A stretch of DNA of 64,000 bases from Nymphaea colorata (Eukaryota), in NCBI RefSeq assembly GCF_008831285.2, contig NC_045138.2, positions 24,552,001 through 24,616,000 of the forward strand. Direction: 5' to 3'. The translations under genes and the position numbers were made by a program. Of this stretch, positions 54,897 to 64,000 are shown one piece after another; the first letter of the stretch is position 1, and each line of letters opens with the position of its first letter. Under the pieces are notes generated by a model. It did not search any database and was not told the origin of the DNA. It worked only from the letters and a program-made list of their open reading frames with translations.

Positions 54897-56358
54897 GGGC
54901 TAGACCCCTTTGCATGAGATCCAATTGGATCGGACTTGGTGTACTAAATCTGTCCTGGATTTGAATAGATTATTGTTTACATCGGATCTCAGATCTGGGG
55001 TGACCCGAGGAATACAAGGTTTTTCTACTTAATATGGATCTGGAATCCATATTGCCAAAAAATCCACTAGTTAAACAAACATTGGGTCCCATAAAGCGCG
55101 GATTTCACATCAATAGACGCAAACAGATCTGATTTAGAAACAATGCAGCTACTCCCATATTCGATCACCCGAGTACTAAATCAAAATCTTTTGATATGGT
55201 TGGATTATTTGTCTTTAGATCCATTAACATATTCTGTGTTAGCTTTCCAGGTGCGCACTAAAGGAAAGTCTATTAACTTTCCAGGTGTGCACGCAAACGC
55301 GAACCATGTTGTTGTCGGAGTATGACACCCTTTATCTCACCCCTATCTCTCTCTAGATCTCTCTCACGACCAGACCACCATAAGCACATATACACATGCA
55401 CATAACCATGGAAGGAGTAGCAGAGCAGATGTATCTGCCGCCAGGGTTCAGGTTCCACCCCTCTGATGAGGAGCTGCTTCTCCGGTATCTCCTTCCCAAG
55501 ACTCTAGGCATGGCTTTTCCCCGCAACGTAATCATAGACATGAACCTCTACAGATATGACCACAACCATTACGTTCAATCTTCTTGCTTATTCTTCATGG
55601 TCAATATTCTATGTTAGCTTCTTGACAATATTGGATCAGTTTGAATGTTGCAGGGAAGACTTTGTTAATTGATTCCGATAATGAATGGTGTTTTTTTACC
55701 CAGAGGGACCGCAAGTACCCAAATGGCTCACTGCCGAATAGAAGCTCAGGCTTTTGGAAGGCTACGACACTGACAAGATGATAACATCCAGTGGCCGGAA
55801 AGTTGGCGTGAAGAAGTCGCCAGTCTTCTACATTGGGAAGCCACCCAATGGCCCCAAGACCAATTGGATCATGCATGAGTACAGGGTGCTTCTTGACGGT
55901 GAAAATGGCAGCTTCCCCGAAAAAAAGGAACCAACCAGAGTAAGTGGCAATGCTGCCCGTTTTTTCTCTAGGTCACAAAGAGAAAGAGAGAGGTTATATA
56001 TAACTCAATATAGTGACTGAGAAACACTTTGACTGGAATCACTGAAAACTATGAACAATGGGAGGTTTCATTATCATGAATGTTGGGAAACATTCCTTTC
56101 CTTGAAATAAATGTCTTTTCACTCTGTGGGCAAGCCCTAAAAGTACATTTTTTGCTGTATCTAACAGTGTCAGATGGATAATTGGTTCTTATGCCGAATT
56201 TGCACAACAATCAGAACTCCCTCTAAAAACCAACAAGGCCACACTTAGAGAAGATGCTGAAGTTGTCCCTTCCTTTAAAGGGTGCATGTTTTCAACCATT
56301 CCACGCACTGATCAGCAGCTTGCCGGGGGCTCACTGCTTGAGAGAGAGACCTGCTACC

Positions 56359-56855
56359 GGGTGTCCATCGGCCCGTTAATAATTTAAAAATATTTTTTTT
56401 TATTTTTTAATTTAATAACGTATATTTTATTATTAAAAATATATTTTATATTATAAAAAAATATTTTATAATTAAAAAAAATTATTATCAAACGGCTTGG
56501 GCCCAGGCTATTGGAATGAGCCCGGGCCCGAAGGGCCGACCAGGGCGGAGCTGGCCCGACGCTGTTGGTGTATGGAAGTTGATCCATACTGGACACTCAT
56601 TTGCATATATGTCATTTTGTACAAATGCGGGTTTGCCCTAATCCTTATGTTTTGAGGATGGCCGCCGCTTGAGAGAGTCTGTCTGTGTGTGTTCTTCTAA
56701 GAGAGAGAATACAAGAGATCTGTGCGACCGTGGACGTAGGAGATTATTGCTCCGAACCACGTAAATCGTTGTCTTCTTCCTTGTTGCTTCTAACCCCCTC
56801 TTGAGAGTGTGAGAAGAGAGTTTTCTGTGTTGTTCCTAACAGACGCCCATCCTTA
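56359..56855. mobile_element. MITE-like (possibly hAT-derived) insertion in exon 3 of the NAC pseudogene
   Basis: Flanked by the direct repeat GCTACC (56353-58 and 56856-61). Imperfect ends GGGTGTCCATCGG / CCGACGCCCATCCTTA. AT-rich core with GC-rich cggccc subterminal motifs, like those at 52386-52620 and 54780-54900. Confidence 0.7.
56563..56841 (+). mobile_element. Solo LTR (279 bp, Ty1/copia-like) nested in the MITE
   Basis: Starts TGTTGG and ends CCTAACA, with a perfect 5-bp TSD GACGC (56558-62 and 56842-46). Contains the GTGGACGTAGG...CCGAACCACGTAAA motif typical of plant copia LTRs. Confidence 0.85.
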
Positions 56856-57530
56856 GCTACCAGCCACTGGAATTCCCTGACATGCCCAGCCTTTGAGGTC
56901 TCAGACATTGTCTACCCGGAAATGCTAACATATTTGCCAAACAGCAGCTTAATTAGTACTGCTGATGATGGAGGTGAAAACATTTTTATGCAGCAAAGAC
57001 ATGGGTTTTGGCATCAAGAGCACAACAGTGGAAGCAGCAATGACAATTATACATCAGGTCTTGAGCTCCCTGGTGCATGGCAGCTCAGTGGGCTCTTTTC
57101 CATGAACACGAATCAAGACATTGAAGCTAGCTACCGCCAGAGGATATGACTCTTTACTATGACTTTGAGGGCTGAAAATAAGTCATGCAACACTTCAAAA
57201 TTGAGTGCTTTTTTTTTCCTTATAGAAACACTTTACAATTTGTCGAGCGCCTCTACGTGATTATACTTTCTGTAAATTACACTGCTATTGGTTATGAAGG
57301 TCCGGTAGACGTAACCTCATTGTTTACTGCCCCGTAAGGGCCATGGCCCCTCCGAGTTCTGAAAAAACAAAATTTGCATGTTAAAATAAAAAAAAGTGTT
57401 TGTTTAGCCCCTGTAAACTGATTGGGAAAACAAGTATTGGTTCTGTTCTAGCTCCGCCCCTAAGCAATTGATAGAAGCGCTAAACATGAAGACCCCCAAC
57501 AAACCAAAATCTCAACAGTTCTACTTACCT

Positions 57531-57690
57531 AGAAATATGGAATTGGAAATATATTTCTAGAAATATATTTCCTGAAAAAAGTGAATGGGAAATATATTTC
57601 CGATTCCAATTTTGGTGTGTGTGTGATGAATGAGAAATATATTTTCGAAAATATATTTCTGAGTTTGATGGTGGAGAAATATATTTCCAG
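57531..57690. repeat. Array of palindromic GAAATATATTTC units (foldback/MITE-like)
   Basis: About 6 copies, including the perfect 28-bp palindrome GGAAATATATTTCTAGAAATATATTTCC at 57545-57572. Confidence 0.75.
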
Positions 57691-60600
57691 AATTCAGACA
57701 CAAGACAACAGTGGTGAGAAGGCATTAGAAACAGAAAAACACAAAGCGGTGATTTTGGAACATCCCTTGGATGATAACTCATGATGGCAAGCATACAGTA
57801 TTCAGACAGCAAGTTAGCTTTACTGAACTCGGCTCACAGCCCTCCCGAACATTTTGGGGAACCAACAAGCAGTCGATCATGTACACGAAATGATTATGCA
57901 GTTGGAATTTTTTCAGCAAATGACTCCATTCAGAAGAATTATGCAGCTTATGACACAAGCAACATCCATCATAGCATCTCACCCGTGAGGAAATTACAGA
58001 CAGAAGACACCAAATCTCTTGCATGGAAAGAAGGCAGTACAAACAGTACACAGCAAATTGGGCTATCACCCGAAGTGCTGTTAAGAAGCCCCTTGACCTG
58101 ATATTCGAAAAAGATTTACATGAAACTGATATTTATGCTCTGCAGTTATTTTCCAAGCCTCGACAATGCTCAAGACAAGCAGCATAACGAGAGGAAACCG
58201 CAAATGTTTCAGTACATTCTTCATATTTAGTTGTGGCAGTGTAAGTGCTCAAGTGAATTGCAGCAGAGGTCTCTGCTGTCAAGTAAGCTGGAACAGAACA
58301 GAAAGCACGCTGCTACTTAAAAAGCTAGAGAAGGGTTCTGGTATTTGTATACACATATTCTTCATATTATATATAGTAGTCTAGTCTACCATCTAACTCA
58401 AGATGTAAAGTTGGTTATAGATATAGTGTTTAGTATGAGGTCCAAGCAAGCCTGAGAATTGTTCATATAAAGTTAGTATGAATATTAGAATAATGACCCC
58501 GAAAAAATGAAAGTGAAAACATCCTGAACACTGTATCAATCAGTTGTGTATCATGACCTTTTCTTTTTGCCAGATGAGCTTTAAAGCTAGCTAACAAAAT
58601 ATGATGAAATCCGTGCAAAGAAATAAGTGAAAGATTCTATTGGGTAAGCTTTTATAGCCATGAAAATATGAACAAGAAATATATTTGACAGAAAGATAAG
58701 TTAAAACATGACTAGTTTTAAAATATTTCAGGTACGGTTTGGAGGCAATAAATAAAGGTCGCTCGTGTTTATGTTCTGAACCTTTAATTTTATCACAAAA
58801 AATTATAAGGTCAATGACTTTTAGGGCCTGGAAATCCGAACCATACCAGTGGCTTCATAGCAGGATTAACAAAAAATAAGTTCTAAATATAGGCAGTCAC
58901 ATATATATATATATATCAAACCTACTAAAACATTGAGAGAATCGGCTAAATAAAATTGAAACCATAATCATTGGAAAATCAGGCAAAATTATGATTTATA
59001 TATTTAAATTAAATAAAAAAATAAAAGAAAAAAATAAGAAAAACAAAAAAAAATGTAAGGCATCGATCAATTAATGATGAATGAGATTGCGGTTGCCTCC
59101 ATTAAATGATTTATCGTATCAACATATAAGACAAGCTTCCAAGCTTCAATTTGGTTGTAGTAGGTGGAACTTGGGCTGGGAAACCCCTCTTGTACCTTTG
59201 CACAACGGATCCTTTGGCAAAATAATACAAGTTCCAATTTCTTGTTCCCCCACGTGAGAGCCCCTGCCACGAGGTTGTGGCGCCAAAACTCTACTGCCGG
59301 AACTTCTTCCGCGAGAGAGATATCGCCTGAAATCCAGAGGAGTGAGCATCAGAACTCCCATTTTTAGAAAAGAGGCCTCCACTATTGGATGGCCTCTTTC
59401 CCTTCTCTATCATGTCCCTCTTAGGCAATAGCACATTGTGTAGTGTTTGGGCTCGAGCAGGTAAACTACTTGGTGTTTCCTGTACATTTTTTATCTTAGG
59501 TCCACACCTTCGGTTCAAGCAACTATCTCCACATGGTATAGCTGGTCAACCTGGTGCTGGTGAAACTCTACATTGTCAGTTTGATTCCAATAGACATTGT
59601 ATTTTGTGTCAATACTAGTTTATCTATGTTAGGTCTACACTAATTACAGTGACAGCCTTAGACGGTAGGGGCAAGGAAAAAAAAGAGTTCAGCCTTGATA
59701 GGAAACAAAATATTCCTCTTGCTCACCCAAAAACATATACTCAGTGATCGGATTCAAGTTACCAAACATTCAAATATTTGACCAATCCTGAACCAGAATC
59801 ACCTATATGCAACGGGGAAGAAAAAGTACAAAACTCCAACAGGGGCAGCCGGAGTCCTGAATACAAGAGGTTAACCGCCCTTCCACCGACGAACCCGCCT
59901 TTCACGCCTAGAGCCGATGCTTGTTTTTGCCTTACTCAAGTGGTTGACGTCTACGAGAATGAAACTAATGATTGGTGTTCTACTTTCCATGACCCTTGAT
60001 GCACATTTTTTCCAATTTCCTGATTAATATGTGAATGAAGATGCAAGGGTGGAGGAGGGAGTTGGAAACTTGGAAGGGGCCACGGTCCCCATGAGATTTT
60101 ACAAATAAAAGTGTTGATTATATTTTTTTTTGAAAAAAAAAATATTTTTTCCTTAATAATTTTTTTTGAAACCACTATAAAATTTTGCAAACATAGTTCG
60201 GATCCCCAGGAGGAAAAAAAAATCTTAGTCTGCACTTCTGATACAATGAGTTGTTTGGATTTGAGCAAGTTACAAAAACAAACCACAGGAACCTTTGGCA
60301 GGTCTAGAATTTGGACCAATAAAGAAACTCTTAATTCAACTATTTTGATGGAAAAGAATGCATAAAACTATGCCATATTGAAGTTAAACGCTTCCAAATG
60401 TGAGAGAGAGAGAGAGAGAGGGAGAGAGCCTACACTTTCTAGGTTAAGATGATCAAAAGTGTAGATATCATCCCCTTTAACCTTCGGGTCATAGGACCTC
60501 TCGGTCTTCTTAAGCTTTGGGATCAAGTGATTCATAAACACCGAAACGTCTAATAAAGCCATGATTGAAAATCAAAGTAACTCATTGTCTTTCTATGATT

Positions 60601-60731
60601 GTCATAGCCTTCACATGAGCACCTATTTATACTTAGAAATGAAGGTGAAACAATCATCTTTTTTGGTTGCTTATAACATATTTAAGATCTTATATAAAAT
60701 ATGTGGATATGAGAGTTCTCCAAAGGTTATT

Positions 60732-63700
60732 GTTAACCCAACTTGGTCATTGGAAAAAAAAGAAAAGAAAGAAAGATTAGAGTTGAAATTTAAGCACGGT
60801 CTAGCTTTGTAGTCCATGAGGTTATGTTAACAATAACATCGATCACTTTCTCTAAGAAATATCCAAATGAAATTTATCGAAAATAAAAAAAAAATATGTG
60901 TTTCAGGCGCGGTTTTGATATGTATGCTATTGGGGCAAGCTGGATGCTTGAGTGTTCCAAAATAGAGTTAAATATGAACGAGACAAACTACGTACAATAT
61001 CTTTAAGGAATTTGTTGGGCAGCCTTTATATATTAGTCTTTCCATGAAGACAATTTGGTGCATCATGTTTCAATGGCACGAAGCAGAAGGGATAATGTCT
61101 GCTAATTAGAAATACGGCCAACGAAACCAACAAGTTTTTTGGTGCACTGTGCAAATAGTGCATCGTGATCGGACATCAATGACAGATGAAGCTTCAAAAT
61201 TCAATTATTTTGCTTCCAATAAGTTTCATAAAAGTCATTGAGCTCGGAATATGCTCCAGTCATTGCCAGAAACTCTTTATTCAAAGAGAAGAAATGCATT
61301 CAGAAAAGGAAAATTTAACTCAAGTGTCAAACCCTTGTGGCATAAGCTCTTGTAATGAGCAATTGTTTTGCAAGGAGCTTGATCGAACCAAACAAGGTAC
61401 TATCGGTTCTTTTTTATCAAACCAATTGTGAAAAATCCAAAATTTGGCTTCTGCATATCTCTATTTTCTTAAGGATCTAATTGCAGGCACATTCAAAATT
61501 ATAGTTTGGCTACCTGATATAGATGTGCCATTAAGGTTGGGGCTACAAAATGATTTAAACTGCAATTTGCAGCTGGTCTCATGACAAGTTTTTTTTTCTT
61601 TTTATCATTAAAGAGGAAAATGGAAAGCAAATTTTCTTGTACACACGGGAGATGAGCGGATCTATGAACAGGGCTTCTGTCACACCTTATATATGCTACA
61701 TTACATTGGTTCTACATACATTATATATTACACACATATTACATGTACTAGATATAAACCCTTCAGAAAACTGAGAGAAGAGGTGATTAGCTTGAAATCC
61801 TCCTATAAGCGTGATGATTTTAGTACCAATGGGAATATGCAAGTTGATCTTAACCTAGCTGCACCCACAGTTAACCACGTTGCATCATTAATGACCCTAT
61901 CGACTTCACTGCAAATGAAGTTTCAATTGGAGATATTTCACATTTTTAATTTTGCTTATAACCCTTTACCTCATTTTAACACTTAGTAGTATCATGTCTG
62001 AATTTCTTTTTTTTTTTTTTTTTAAAAGGTAAAATCAAACCGCCCTCAACTCAAATACCTTTTAGAGGGAGTTTGATAAGAAAAAGACTATGATTTTACT
62101 ACGTATGTTTCTAAAAAGTATATTCTGATAATACTATTTTACTTTTCTAGACATTGGTATCCATTATTACACCATGTTTCCTTAAATAAGAATACGGCAG
62201 TTTTTAGAATATGTATTTTACAAACATGTATTCCAAAGTTGATGCTGCCATCTTTTTTCCCCGTTTTGGTCCAGCAGCAGTCTGGATCAACCTTCATGTA
62301 TTAGCATTATCTCAATGGGTACAAGAACTGGTTAAGAGTATCAAGAAGGTTCTGAATCCTGCCGCCTGCATCTTGAGTCTTGAACTTTCTCATAGTGCTG
62401 TTCTTACTTGACATGGTGCATGCTAATTTACTACCCATGGGGCAAACTTCTCTTGGGTTCATTATAGGACAGCAATCACTAGGTTGAAAATATTGTATAA
62501 TTAAAATCTGGAAAAAAAATTAGGAAAACAGAATCTATATATTAATGAACTCTGACTCGGCAAGCAAATCTGAAATCAAGTCTGTGATTGGAGAAGGATC
62601 TTACCCAATTACAGTTTAATGATGAATCTTATACCTGGGAAATCTGGACTTCATTTTAGAAATTCAGGTCCGGAGTCTGATTCCAATTACGGAGTCCTGA
62701 TTAAGTCAGATGTTATGTTAAACAACGAATCTGAATTTCTTCATCATTTATAAAAGAAGAACTCAGGAACATTTGGTGTGCAAAGGCTTGGAAGTTGGAT
62801 GCCTTTAAAAAAAATGCACTAGTATTGGTTGAATGCAAATTTGAACCATTTTTGTCGAGACTCAGGAACACAAGAAGCCTAGACTTTAGAAAGGACCCCT
62901 ATCAGTTAGCAAATTGGATGTGAGTGAATCCGGTTGGTGATTAAATTGAATGCTTTTTTATTGAAACAAAATTTCACCTTTGTAAAAGTTTGTTTTTACA
63001 TTCTCTAATCTTTTGCCAAAAGAAAGCGTGAAAAATGTTTTTTATCCCCCCACAGTCAGAAGAATCCAGGCCATACTTAATGTTTTAAATGTTTTAGTTA
63101 CTCTGCAGAGGATTGTGGATATATAAAATGAATATATGTACGAGTCCTGCAACTTCCGATGTTTACTTCTTGACCGGGAAGATGATGCCGCCGCGTTATG
63201 AAGAAAAATGAAGCATACAACATCGAAAAATGGTAGATGTTCTTTAATGAGATGCAGCCCATGGCGATGCACTTTCAGTTCGATGGAGATGAACTCCTCT
63301 GTAGGTAAACAGCTTGAAGCAAAGGTGAACAAAAAGGTACTAGACAAGAATTGAAGATTACAGCACATTAAAATAGTGAGATGTACTGTATGTACTGCGA
63401 AGATCTAACTAATGCGATGTCGCGTGTGATTTATGAATGTACACACCTGGAAAATAAAACACTCAGCAAAAAGTGGGGGATAAAGATTGCACCAAGGAAA
63501 TGCAGGTGCTAGTGGTGTGGAGTAGGAGAATTTTCATGAGTTCAATCACCCTTGCTTCACTATTGCAATGGTGCAGCATGTGATCTGCTACATTAACAAT
63601 GGTTCGACCATTTTTTTCTTATCATTTGAGTATTCTATTCTCATTCTGAACATTTTCCTGCAAACTTCTTTCAATGTCTTCCCCCATCTCAGCGAAACAA

Positions 63701-63746
63701 AAAGGGCTACCTGCAGCCACTAAACAGAACTTTGTTGTAGTTGAGA
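60732..63746 (+). repeat. Direct segmental duplication, copy B (~3.0 kb)
   Basis: Colinear diverged copy of 48632-51755 with scattered substitutions and indels, offset about 12 kb. Confidence 0.92.
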
Positions 63747-64000
63747 TTCCTCAACAAGCGCTGCGGAGGATTAAGTGTTTGCTGACTATATAACCATTTA
63801 TTGTTCTTTTATGTACCCAAGTACTGGGTTCTGCCGTAATACCGACTCCCTAACATTTGTCTCCTTAATTTTTGAGTTCTTCAAATCTGTCCTTTTCTTT
63901 TTTGAACAATTGGGCATCGTTGATATATGTATATATCCACCCCTGTCCACAATGCCAAAAGTAAAATGTTTCTTGGTTGCTAAATGTTCACATTTTATTA

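Larger units (their letters stand above)
55408..57149 (+). pseudogene. NAC transcription factor pseudogene (exon 1 55408-~55572, exon 2 55654-55939, exon 3 56174-57149 interrupted)
   Basis: [54 protein letters not shown] and MDNWFLCRI are all present. Lesions: degenerate exon-1 donor, frameshift at ~55767 (stop 55779-81), frameshift/stop at ~56227-56248, and a transposon insertion at 56359-56855. Confidence 0.88.

Noticed and set aside
48632..63746. Reading the two 3-kb direct repeats as LTRs of one retrotransposon
   Set aside because: No TG..CA termini, PBS, PPT, TSD or gag/pol remnants were seen between them.
1..64000. CRISPR arrays, rRNA or tRNA genes, prokaryotic operons
   Set aside because: None seen; this is intron-containing plant nuclear DNA. 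A tRNAscan-SE or Rfam scan was not possible.

Overview
Plant (angiosperm) nuclear genomic DNA with spliced genes; the species cannot be identified from the sequence alone. The left 39 kb is gene-rich: a 5'-partial SNF2/RING helicase (CHR27/CHR28/EDA16-like, +), a group I GH3 acyl-amino acid synthetase (GH3.10/DFL2-like, -), a plastid-type Mpv17/PMP22 protein with a GC-AG intron (+), a 48-aa single-pass membrane microprotein missed by the ORF track (+), a secreted 'putative cell wall protein' (-), and an intact NAC factor of the NAC056/NARS1/NOR type (-). The right 16 kb (48.6-64 kb) is rearranged. A ~3.1 kb direct duplication brackets a short inverted duplication, a ~2.4 kb unit in which long inverted repeats enclose a start-less B3-domain fragment (Pack-element-like), and a NAC pseudogene. 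Exon 3 of that pseudogene carries a MITE-like insertion, which in turn contains a solo LTR with a perfect 5-bp target-site duplication. Exon boundaries were read by eye, and identities were judged by eye and not computed.
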